This document shows positions 52,291 through 64,000 of a DNA stretch of 64,000 nt, piece after piece; the stretch's first letter is position 1, and every line of letters begins with the position of its first letter. The position numbers and the translations under genes were made by a program. Source of the stretch: Eledone cirrhosa (Eukaryota); the NCBI GenBank assembly GCA_964016885.1, contig OZ024743.1, positions 4,836,001 through 4,900,000 on the forward strand. The letters are read 5' to 3'. Under the pieces are notes generated by a model that saw only the letters and a list, made by a program, of their open reading frames with translations, made no database searches and was not told the origin of the DNA.

Positions 52291-54153
52291 TTGGCAGTGA
52301 GAAATTGTAAACAGAAAGAAAGAAAGAGAGAAAGAAGGAAAGAAAGAAAAGAAAGAAAGAAAACGAAGAAAAAGGCAGATAAGGCCGAGCTTGAGAAAAT
52401 GAATGTCGAAGCATCTTGTATAATGCACGAGTTGGAAATTGAGAACAGAACACAACCTTTCGTGCCCAGGAAACCGAAGATCAATATGAAAGATCACAAA
52501 AGGAATTTTGAAAATGTCTTACCAGTTAGATTGATCGCACCATCAAAATCGGACCTGGGCAAATTAAGCAAAAACATTCTTGACAGGGTGATACAGCAAA
52601 TTAAGAACTTGGATTGTTTACCTAACCTGAGCTTGTGGAAGGGAACTGGAGAGGTTGTTGAGTGGTTTAAACAAATTAAATATAACAATAATAATAAGTT
52701 TATTCAACTTGATATTGCTAACTATTATTCTTCTATTACCCCTAATCTACTAAATAAGGCACTAAATTACGCATTCAAACATACAGACCTAACTAGCAAT
52801 GAAATGCACATTATATTATCGGCTAGGAAAACATTGATAGAATTTAATGACCAACTATGGACCAGAGCAGATAGAGATAGCAATTTTGACATTACTATGG
52901 GATCATCCGACTCAGCTCAGGTAACTGACCTTGTGGGCTTATTTTTAATCAATTCGCTACATAGAAAAATACCTGGTACTACCGGAGGTTTATATAGAGA
53001 TGACATGCTTTTACTTATTGATAATAATAACTCTGAACTAAATAGAAAAAGAAAACAAATTACACAATTTTTTAATTACTTTAATCTTAAAATAGAAATT
53101 GAGAACAACCATAGAATAGTCAATTTCCTAGATATAACATTAAATCTCAACACATGTCTTCACTATCCTTTTCACAAGTTGAATCAAAACTTAAACTATG
53201 TCAGCTTTAACTCTAACCACCCCAGATCTGTCAAAAACACTATAGTAAACTCTGTTCAAAAACGTATCTCTAGAATCTCGTCTAATAGAAAGATTTTCGA
53301 CGAAAAAGCCCAGTACTACAATGAAGCGTTAGCTAGAGCAGGATATAGTGATAAGATTATGTACATAGATAATGATAGACAACCTAAACAAAATAACAAC
53401 TATTTTAATTACGGCAACAACCTTAACAAATATAATAGAAAGCATTACAATAATTCCAAAAGCCAAAAAAGAAATAGAACTAGGAACATAATTTGGTTTG
53501 CCCCCCCTTTCTCACTAAACATTAAAACCCACATCGCTAAACTATTTTTTAAAGCTCTTGATAATCGCTTCCCTAGAACACATAGGTATCACTCAATTTT
53601 CAATAGACATACTATAAAATTAACCTACTCATCCACCAAAAATTTAGCACAAAATATTAATAGAATAAATAATAGGAACTTAAAACCTAGTGATAATAGC
53701 ATAAATAATATACAAGTTAACAAATGTAACTGTAGAGATAGATCTAAATGTCCGTTAAATAACAACTGCTTAGTTAAAAATATAATATACAATTGTAATG
53801 TTAAAACTGACTCTAATTCTTTTAACTACGTCGGTTCCACATCGATGGAATTTAAACTTCGCTATAATAACCACAAGAATTCTTTCACAGATCCAAGCAA
53901 AAAATCTTCAACAGCACTATCAGGCGTACTCTGGCAACTTAAGCTAGATAACGTTAGATATTCGACGGCTTGGAATATAGTCTCAAGAGGGATTCCTTTT
54001 AATTCATCCTATGAGACATGTGACCTCTGTGCAGAGGAGATATTCTTTATACTAAAATCTAAAAATTCCCTTAATCTACGGACAAATTTATTCAGTTGCT
54101 GCAAACATAGATTAAACTCAACTTTTAAATATAAATTTAAATTTAAAATGTAG
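52291..54153 (+). CDS. Penelope-like element RT + GIY-YIG endonuclease (Naiad-type), uninterrupted but 5'-truncated
   Basis: RT motifs: QLDIANYYSSI, ITMGSSDSAQVTDLVG, LYRDD, VNFLDITL, SNHP. Endonuclease: IIY...YVGST...RYNNH. Cys motifs CNC..CP...C, CDLC and CCKH resemble Naiad PLEs. The first ~28 codons come from the inverted pLTR (junction ~52375). Confidence 0.92.
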   Translation: MAVRNCKQKERKRERRKERKERKKTKKKADKAELEKMNVEASCIMHELEIENRTQPFVPRKPKINMKDHKRNFENVLPVRLIAPSKSDLGKLSKNILDRVIQQIKNLDCLPNLSLWKGTGEVVEWFKQIKYNNNNKFIQLDIANYYSSITPNLLNKALNYAFKHTDLTSNEMHIILSARKTLIEFNDQLWTRADRDSNFDITMGSSDSAQVTDLVGLFLINSLHRKIPGTTGGLYRDDMLLLIDNNNSELNRKRKQITQFFNYFNLKIEIENNHRIVNFLDITLNLNTCLHYPFHKLNQNLNYVSFNSNHPRSVKNTIVNSVQKRISRISSNRKIFDEKAQYYNEALARAGYSDKIMYIDNDRQPKQNNNYFNYGNNLNKYNRKHYNNSKSQKRNRTRNIIWFAPPFSLNIKTHIAKLFFKALDNRFPRTHRYHSIFNRHTIKLTYSSTKNLAQNINRINNRNLKPSDNSINNIQVNKCNCRDRSKCPLNNNCLVKNIIYNCNVKTDSNSFNYVGSTSMEFKLRYNNHKNSFTDPSKKSSTALSGVLWQLKLDNVRYSTAWNIVSRGIPFNSSYETCDLCAEEIFFILKSKNSLNLRTNLFSCCKHRLNSTFKYKFKFKM

Positions 54154-55487
54154 TATATTTAGTTTGATTTATAATTATTTGGGAAACTAGCCGATAAATC
54201 TTTCGATTTCTTCTTTTTATTCTTCTTTTTATTTTTATTTTTATTTTTATTTAAACATTCTTCATGAAAAATTAAACTACCCTAAAAGTTGATGCTCCAA
54301 ATATTTCGATTAAACGTTACACTAGATAAACTTCTATATTAAATATAAGAACACATGTAGACCAAATGGGCATCCTAAACTTTTTGAAATGATTTTTGCT
54401 AGACGCGATTTGATAAATAATTTTTAGCTTTATCTGTTTTCGACTCTGATGCTTATAATGAACTTGGCAATATATTGTCAATTAATTTTGAAGGGTTGAT
54501 CTTTGTGGTTTATTTTTATTGTTGTAATATTTTCTAATATTTTTATTTTTAATATGTAATATTTTTTTGTAATATTTTTTAGTTTTCTATTTTATTATTA
54601 TTTATTATTATTATTATTATTTTTTTTTGTTTTTGTTTCTGATATTTTTTATTAATATATTGAAATCTGTTCTCTATTTCTGCTTGATAGATAATCATGT
54701 AGAGTAAAGACAAGAATAGTATTCTTAAAATTAATATAGACTCTATATATATGTGTATATATATACACATATATGTATACTTAAATTTTTATAGCGCAAT
54801 GAGAATGTTCTCCGTGTGAAATAGGGGTTTGCAGAGTTGATCACGTAAATTCACATCGATGTTTGTAGTTATCATATAAACATATGAATTTTTAAAACTA
54901 AACATAAGATCATTACTTTTCACACATTATGGATACGTGTCTCATTCAGGAATACTGATATTTACATTATAGTGCCTGGTTTTTATACGTACTAATACTT
55001 CTACATTAAAACATAGGGTTTTTAAATTATGCCTCGCCTATGTCTGGTTACTTTTCATTTTTCTCTATATATAACGGCTGGTTTCTCTCCTAACCACATA
55101 TATCTCCCTTACATTAATACTAGAGCTAAATAAATAAATAAATAAATAAATGTATCATTGATACGTTCATTCAACGGATGTCCAACTACCTACTTTTCTC
55201 TATATATATCTATCTCTATCTATTTCCTTTCTCTATATATATCTCTCTCTGTTTCTTTACATGAAGTTCTTCTCTTTATCTATCTTTCCATCTCTCTATT
55301 TTGTTGCATGCATTTCTTCTTTTTCTTCTTTTTCTTCGTTTTCTTTCTTTCTTTTCTTTCTTTCCTTCTTTCTCTCTTTCTTTCTTTCTGTTTACAATTT
55401 CTCACTGCCAAATCAACTTTTTCAAATACAAGTCGATGTTGAACGGTATGTCAAATCTATTTATCTATAAAACTGTCTATATTGTAT

Positions 55488-55545
55488 TTTGTCTGAGGAA
55501 GGCATAACATATTGTTAATATGATATCCCTGAAATATATATAATG
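55488..55545 (+). ncRNA. Hammerhead-like motif in Naiad-type pLTR (copies at ~52158-52215 -, ~40636-40692 -, ~41391-41447 +, diverged ~35888-35940 -)
   Basis: ttttgt-CTGAGGA-agg[hairpin]cct-GAAA-tatat-ataa. The diverged copy has CTGATGA and a different but still paired stem II. The cleavage-triplet register is ambiguous. Confidence 0.55.
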
Positions 55546-55631
55546 AAATAAATATGGTTTTATAAATATAGTTTCCATTTATTTAATATCGTATATATAT
55601 ATATATATATATTTATATATAAGATATTAAG

Positions 55632-55818
55632 TGTTTCTATTTTAGGCACAAGGCCAGCAATTACCCAGTACATTACTGGTACTTTATTTTATCGACCCCG
55701 TAAGGATGAAAGGTAAAGTTAACCTCGGCGGGATTTGAACTCAGATCATAAAGGGACGTAACTCTATGCTTCAAAGCATGGTGTCCGACTCTCTACCGAT
55801 ACTGCCAATCCACCGCCC
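55632..55818 (-). mobile_element. Same SINE family, full-length
   Basis: Reverse-complement match from tail to head. Confidence 0.88.
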
Positions 55819-56341
55819 TTATATATAAGATATTAATAAACGGAAACTATATTTATAAAACCATATTTATTTCATTATACATATTTCAGGGATTTGTTGT
55901 TTTGAATATCTGAGGTATATTCAAAACAACATACAGCGGAGGACGCGTTTCGCACTTGTCCGACAGACAACCTTTCCCCCACCCCGGAAAAACCCCCAGT
56001 TGATGCATGTGAATCCGAAATATATAGGGACTATTAAATCTCTCCCAAGGTAACTCTCTCTCGTGTTGTTATTTTATTTTACCCTTTATACTCTTTCCTT
56101 CATTCTTCTACACATCTTATACACACCACGCATCTCAACGTACACCCACTTACATCTCTCTCTCCATCACCGGATCTTGTTATCCGGAGATTTACCCACT
56201 TGCATTGTCGAGGCTTCCAAACGACTTAAAGATATTTACATATATATATATATATTTAAATATATATATATGTAAATATATATATGTTTTTATATAGACA
56301 TAGATATATATAAATATATATATGTTTTTATATAGACATAG

Positions 56342-56410
<69 letters not shown>

Positions 56411-56463
56411 TATATATATATTTATATATATATATAAATAAATATATATATATGTATTTATAT

Positions 56464-56642
56464 AATTGTTTCTACTTTTGGCACAAGGCCAGCAATTATC
56501 CAGTACATTACTGGTACTTTATTTTATCGACCCCGTAAGGATGAAAGGCAAAGTTAACCTCGGCGGGATTTGAACTCAGAATGGCAAGGGCCGTAACTCT
56601 ATGCGTCAAAGCATGGCGTCCAACCCTCTACCGATACTGCCA
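56464..56642 (-). mobile_element. Same SINE family
   Basis: Reverse-complement match. Confidence 0.88.
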
Positions 56643-58677
56643 TAATGATGTTGATTAACCAGAGTTGTGTATGCCACATGCCAATCAGTAAACGATGATG
56701 CAATTAGAGTCAAGTACTCAACGTCATGTATATCCTTCTAAATGCGATTTGGTAGTCCATGGGGGAGTATACGTACAATAATGATAATCGCGAAGGCCAG
56801 ATGTAGATATTCATAATTATCATTATTATATATATATATATATATTATGAGTGCGTATGTGTGTGTGTGTGTCTGTGTCTGTATGTGTCTGTATGTCTCT
56901 ATGTGTGTCTGTGTGCGCACAGTACATAGAGAAATTACAATTAAAATAAGAACAGACACAACACAAACTCGTGTTTACATTTGATAAGCCCATAAATGTC
57001 GATCACCACTGTGAAACTGAACAAAAAGCCACGCCCCCTAATTACTCTAACAGAGATTCCATTGCCGTAGGGGACTTGCCTCTCTTCTCCCCACCCACTC
57101 GACTATTTATAGAATTAGGTTTTATAATTTCCGTCTTTAATCTTATTCTATTTCTTTTTTTTATTTCATTTTCACTGGTGTTGTTGTTGCTTGTGGTGGT
57201 GTTTGTCATGATGATGACACTGGTGATGATGGTGGTGGTGGTGGTGATGGTGGTGATGATGGTAGTGGCGGTGATGGTACTGGTGGTGCTTGTATTCGTT
57301 TTGTTATATTTTGTTTTTTAAATATGTTTTCTTTCAATTATATATGTTCGTCTTGCCGGTTTATAGATGCGTAAAAACCCACCATGTAGTTTAACCGCTG
57401 TTTATTGTATTGTTAATACTGATGATATTAATCTTGCAGTTATTGGTCTCATTAGGGAGTTGGATTAGTAGAGTCGTTAAAACGTTGGACGAAATATTTT
57501 GTAGTATTTATTCCAGCTTTTTACACACTGAGTTCAAATCCCGCCGTCGTCAACTTCGTCATTTATCCGTCAGAGGTTTATAAAATATTCTACGATTCAA
57601 GTACTTGGATCGATATAATCCATTTTCCTTTCCATCAAAATTGCTGGCCTTGTACCAAAATTAGAAATCATTATTGTTGTTCACGCTGCTATTTGTTCTA
57701 AATGTTTGATCAACAAATTTATTTGATATTATCGAACATTTCGAATGTTTTCTTTGTTGTTGTTGTGATGGTGGGGGTGGGGTGGGTCTTCTTCGTCTTC
57801 TTCTCTTCATTGTTGCTGTTGTTTCTGATGTTATTCTTACTTCTTACTAATAATTGTTTATACTTTAGGCACAAGGTCAGCAATTACCCAGTGCATTACT
57901 GGTACTTTATAATGATTTCTAGTATAGGCACAAGGCCATTAATTTTTTTTTTTTTGGGGGGGGGGGGGGTCGATTAAATCGACCCCAGTACTTTCCTGGT
58001 ACTTTATTTTATCGACCCCTTAAGGATGAAAGGCAAAGTTAAGCTTGGCGGGATTTGAACTCAGACCGTAAAGGGCCGTAACATGCAAAGCATGGTGTCT
58101 ATCGATACTGCCAATCCACCGTCATACTTCTTACTAATAGTAGTAACTATTGTTTTGCGTTATTATTATTATCGTATTACGTCCCTTTACGGATTGAGTT
58201 CAAATCCCGCCGAAGTTAACTTTGCCTTTCATCCTTACGGGGTCGATAAAATAAAGTACCAGTAATGCACTGGGTAATTGCTGGCCTTGTGCCTAAAGTA
58301 GAAACAATTATTATTATCGTATTTAGTTGCTTTGCGGCAGAGAGTTATGGTCCTTTACGTTCTGAGATCAAATCTCGCCTTACAGGGTCGATAAGATAAA
58401 GCACCAGTAACGTACTGGGGATCGATTTAATCGACTCTCCCCTCCTCAAAAATCGTTGGCCTTATGCCTATACAAGAAACCATTATTATCGTATTTATAT
58501 ATCATTAGAATCGTTAAAGAAGTCGAGAAAATACCTTATGGGATTTAGTTGCATTCCATTATCTTCTGAGTTTAAATTCTACCTAGTTCATATTTGTTTT
58601 TCATTCTTCCTAGAATGAAAAAAAGGAAAAATATTATGGTTAATATAATCATCTGCTCCGTGCCCTACCTCTCCAAA

Positions 58678-58804
<127 letters not shown>

Positions 58805-60225
58805 TGTGTGTCTGTGTGTCTGTGTGTCTGTCTGTCTGTCTGTCTGTGTGTGTGTGTCTAGTTAGAAACCAATGTTACTATCGTTGTTATTGTATAGTTT
58901 GTTTTGTTGTCACAATATTACTAATACTATCGTTTTCTTGCCATTGTTATTACCAACGTTGTTGTTTGTTGTTGCTGTTGAGGTTGTTATTGTTATTTTC
59001 TTTGCTATTGTTTGTTGTGATATTTTGGAAATACTGTCAAGTGGAATCGATGACATCACGAATCATTTCATTTTGGGTCTATTCTCTTTCAATCACTTCT
59101 CTCAAATCGATTATTGTTGTAAGTTTCGTCCTATACATATTGTCTTTTACGTATCCCCATGAGAAAAGGTCCAGAGGCATGATCTGGTGAAAGTGGGGGG
59201 GAATTCAACTCTACCTTTTCACCCAATTTATTTGTTACGCAGATTTGCGACAAGATAGTACGGCACATTCCTATGGGAGTGAAGAGGGCTTCCATCTTGC
59301 TGAAAATAAAACATAATTTCCATGTTGCTCTCGAATACGCAGACCTGCCAACCTCTAAGGCTAACAAACCCCATTAAATCAAATTAGGACTTTTAATTGA
59401 TTAAAAAATTCATTTTAGTGCGTGCAGTTTTTATGTAGTGTTCTATAAATAACAAATTAATATAATCATATTTTCAAATTTAAACAACAAAAATAAATTT
59501 ACATTATTATGTATCTATGTATCAAGAGAGGATATTTATCTTATGCATCTTGCTTAAGTGACAATGCTAAATAGTAAGCAATTGGCGAACTGTTTTAGCA
59601 TCTCAGGTTGATTGTGAATTATCCCAAACTCTCAAAGTCAATTTATCCTGCTTTGGAACTAACAAATCAAACTTGAATCTGCGAAGTGTGGGAGACTAGT
59701 TAAAAGTCTGGGGATGGTCAATAGACATAACATCTATAATTGTCTTATCATGTGCGTGTGCGCGTTGACGTTCTCTCTCTCTCTTTCACTCACTGCCTCC
59801 GTCTCTCTCTCTCTCTCTCTCTCCATCTCTATCAATTATAATCAAATGAGAACCAACACGCTGGCTGCCCTGCGGTCCTGGCGGACAGAATAAAGTTTCA
59901 TTTTACAGGGTTAATTTTCTGAATGCCACAAATGTGTAGTCAGGTGACTAGCAAGCTATCAATAAAATAATAAATATCTTACATGAATTTATAAAAATAA
60001 TTATAAAATCAGTAAATAACAGTTTTTTTTTTGTTTTTGTTTGTTTTTTTTTTTTTTTTTTTTTTTTTGGGGGGGGGGGGGGTGCGGAGGGGGGGGGGGG
60101 TCATGTTAGGGCCTCTTTCGATTCAGAGCGCCTTTATAATATGTGTAACAGGCTTAATATATGAACAAAATACTATATTGTTTATACTTATATTATAGAT
60201 GGTCTGAACAAGTTTATTTAGCTTT

Positions 60226-61791
60226 AAACATTATCACTATGTATAATTGTACTAAGAAACATTATCACTATGTATAATTGTACTAAGAAACATTATCACT
60301 ATGTATAATTAAAAGAAACATTATCACTATGTATAATTAAAAGAAACATTATCACTATGTATAATTAAAAGAAACATTATCACTATGTATAATTGTACTA
60401 AGAAACATTATCACTATGTATAATTGTACTAAGAAACATTATCACTATGTATAATTAAAAGAAACATTATCACTATGTATAATTAAAAGAAACATTATCA
60501 CTATGTATAATTGTACTAAGAAACATTATCACTATGTATAATTGTACTAAGAAACATTATCACAATGTATAATTAAAAGAAACATTATCACTATGTATAA
60601 TTAAAAGAAACATTATCACTATGTATAATTAAAAGAAACATTATCACTATGTATAATTGTACTAAGAAACATTATCACTATGTATAATTGTACCAAGAAA
60701 CATTATCACTATGTATAATTAAAAGAAACATTATCACTATGTATAATTGTACTAAGAAACATTATCACTATGTATAATTAAAAGAAACATTATCACTATG
60801 TATAATTGTACTAAGAAACATTATCACTATGTATAATTGTACCAAGAAACATTATCACTATGTATAATTAAAAGAAACATTATCACTATGTATAATTGTA
60901 CTAAGAAACATTATCACTATGTATAATTAAAAGAAACATTATCACTATGTATAATTGTACTAAGAAACATTATCACTATGTATAATTGTACTAAGAAACA
61001 TTATCACTATGTATAATTGTACTAAGAAACATTATCACTATGTATAATTAAAAGAAACATTATCACTATGTATAATTGTACTAAGAAACATTATCACTAT
61101 GTATAATTGTACTAAGAAACATTATCACTATGTATAATTGTACTAAGAAACATTATCACTATGTATAATTAAAAGAAACATTATCACTATGTATAATTAA
61201 AAGAAACATTATCACTATGTATAATTAAAAGAAACATTATCACTATGTATAATTAAAAGAAACATTATCACTATGTATAATTGTACTAAGAAACATTATC
61301 ACTATGTATAATTAAAAGAAACATTATCACTATGTATAATTGTACTAAGAAACATTATCACTATGTATAATTGTACTAAGAAACATTATCACTATGTATA
61401 ATTGTACTAAGAAACATTATCACTATGTATAATTAAAAGAAACATTATCACTATGTATAATTAAAAGAAACATTATCACTATGTATAATTAAAAGAAACA
61501 TTATCACTATGTATAATTGTACTAAGAAACATTATCACTATGTATAATTGTACTAAGAAACATTATCACTATGTATAATTAAAAGAAACATTATCACTAT
61601 GTATAATTGTACTAAGAAACATTATCACTATGTATAATTGTACTAAGAAACATTATCACTATGTATAATTAAAAGAAACATTATCACTATGTATAATTAA
61701 AAGAAACATTATCACTATGTATAATTAAAAAAAACATTATCACTATGTATAATTAAAAGAAACATTATCACTATGTATAATTAAAAGAAAC
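60226..61791. repeat. Minisatellite, ~53 units of two length variants (31 bp and 28 bp)
   Basis: AAGAAACATTATCACTATGTATAATT followed by GTACT or AA. Confidence 0.97.
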
Positions 61792-62482
61792 ACCTAAAGT
61801 ATTGTTGTTGACGCTGTTGTTGTTTAGATGCAAGTAATCCCTGATTGGGTATTCCTACAATAAAAGGCATTCCAGTGGTGACGATCACATATTTTAAGGC
61901 TATTTAGTACTAGATTATTTAATGCATTGGCCCTACTTTTAGAGCGTAGGCTGTGATTTGGAATAGACCTGGCTATTATTTTCAGTAGGTCGAGTAACAG
62001 CTTAGGGACTCCCACTTGGACTGATTCTTCTTCCGTTTTTGTTGTTGCTTTCTTTGAATTTTGATTGATTTGTTTTACATATTCTGTTGTTTGGGTTTTT
62101 TTTCAGTTTTATAGCTTGTTTTAGTTGAGGTTTCGGTTTTCTTTTGTATTTTTAAAGTAATAGATGGGTTTTATCATAAATAGTGCCAAATTGTTACAAA
62201 TCAAAGATGGCCCTATTAATTACAACGATGCGGGTCTCATTTACAGTTGGTGATGACCCTGGCATTCACCAGAGGTCTTTTCAACGTTCACAGTCTTCAA
62301 ACCACATGACACTTTACTGAAATGGGATGTAATAAATGTTTAAACGTTTATAGCTGTCCACATAGCTTATTGTCTACAGAGGAACTAAAGGACACCATAA
62401 ATATACTATTGTCACCACCCTCATCCAATAAACGACACGAAAGAATGCAGCTTTGTCATGCATGATTTAGTACCATCTTCAG

Positions 62483-62575
<93 letters not shown>

Positions 62576-62655
62576 GGAGAGGTGGAGGGAAGAGAGAGAG
62601 GTGGAGAGGACGACGATTACTATAATCATTTTCATTTGGGACGACCACATATCAA

Positions 62656-62695
<40 letters not shown>

Positions 62696-62767
62696 GATGT
62701 CCCAAAAAATGTATACAGATGTCAACAGCATTCTAATAAAAGTATGTATACATTTTGCGAGCACACC

Positions 62768-62809
<42 letters not shown>

Positions 62810-63072
62810 GTTTCTACTTTAGGCACAAGGCCAGCACTGGTACTTTATTTTTATCGACCCCGTAAGGATGAAAGGCAAAGTTAACCTCGACGGGATTTGA
62901 ACTCAGACTGTAAAGGGACGTAACTATGCTGGAAAGCATGGCGTCCGACCCTCTACCGATACTGCCAATCCAATGATCGGTGATTACTATAATCATTTGC
63001 ATTTGGGACGACTATATTTCATATGTATATATATGAAGTGTTACCGTACTCTATGTAGGCTACAGAACTGTT

Positions 63073-63207
63073 TAGTTATGTAATAAACAACATAAGACAA
63101 TTATTTCATTTACCAAAGGTTTCACGAAAACAGACGTCTGTGTCAAGCTCATCTGTCTTCGTGAAATCTTTGGTAAATGAAATAATTATCTTATGATGTT
63201 TATTACA

Positions 63208-63213
<6 letters not shown>
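63073..63213. repeat. Imperfect ~60-bp-arm hairpin next to (TA)n
   Basis: tagttatgtaataaacaacataag... pairs with ...cttatgatgtttattacataacta. Confidence 0.88.
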
Positions 63214-63275
<62 letters not shown>

Positions 63276-63898
63276 AAATGTGGTCATCCCAATTGCAAAT
63301 TATTGTAGTAATCGTCGATCACTATAAACAATAGTTGAAAAGTCGGATAAACCATTCCCAGAGATTAAAAGTACTAGGCACCCTCGAATGCTAAATGAAT
63401 GTGTTAGCTATTATGCTAAGTCGTCCATGGTCACCGTCTTTTATAAGATTTGAAGCCTATAGCTAGAAGTGTAAAGATGCGACTGACTTAAGAGGCTTTG
63501 GGAATATTTGAAATTTTAAATGTAGTCATTCCAAATGCAAATGACTGTAGGGACAATTGATTATTATAAACAATAATAGATTAATTGGGTAAAGTACCCC
63601 TGAAGGTGGAAAAAATAGAGAGATGCGGCTGCGAGACACGCACCGGCATCTGAGAGGTGCGTGTTTGATTCCACACAGGTGCTTCTGTACCAAAGTACAG
63701 GTCAATCTGATGATAATTTGAAAATTATAATATTGTCAAAGGTGGTGATAGAATGCCATGCGACATTTGTTCCAATTTCTTACGCCCCGAGTTCAAATCC
63801 CGCCATGGTCTTTTATCCTTTAGTGGTCGATATATATAGTATTAGTCAAGTACTGGTGTCGATTCTGAATCTCTTCACCCAGCCTTCTCCCCCCCCCC

Positions 63899-63954
<56 letters not shown>

Positions 63955-64000
63955 TTGTGGTTGACAGCTGAGAGATTAGATTACTCTCAATACTAAAGTA

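Noticed and set aside
52291-54153. Selenoprotein-encoding Naiad PLE
   Set aside because: The ORF has no in-frame TGA, its Cys motifs use ordinary codons, and I could not recognise a SECIS element.
60226-61791. CRISPR-like regular array
   Set aside because: There are no unique spacers and no cas genes, and the context is eukaryotic.
62440-62490. CTGAAGA on the minus strand as a hammerhead
   Set aside because: No correctly placed GAAA, stem III or NUH could be found.

Overview
AT-rich eukaryotic genomic DNA saturated with microsatellites. I infer an invertebrate, most likely a cephalopod or other mollusc, from the SINE and repeat style; this cannot be proven from the window. No convincing host protein-coding gene is present, and most listed ORFs are microsatellite artefacts. 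The window is a transposon landscape. (1) A cluster of co-oriented Tx1/L1-clade LINEs at ~25.5-35.0 kb includes one near-full-length frameshifted copy. (2) There are several Penelope-like elements (PLEs), including an uninterrupted RT+GIY-YIG ORF of Naiad type (52291-54153) and a rearranged RT/GIY-YIG copy (48.4-51.2 kb), both with inverted pseudo-LTRs (pLTRs). (3) A Chapaev-type DNA transposon with CAC termini and a TTA target duplication is nested in a PLE pLTR. (4) Also present are RLE-type and RTE-type LINE remnants, about 20 copies of a tRNA-derived SINE, MITEs and a two-variant 28/31-bp minisatellite. The most striking signal is the density of hammerhead-ribozyme (HHR) motifs from many unrelated repeat families. 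Many sit inside short fold-back elements inserted in (TA)n tracts. Several carry non-canonical cores: U3-A8 compensatory UUGAAAA, GCAA instead of GAAA, and CUGAAGC.
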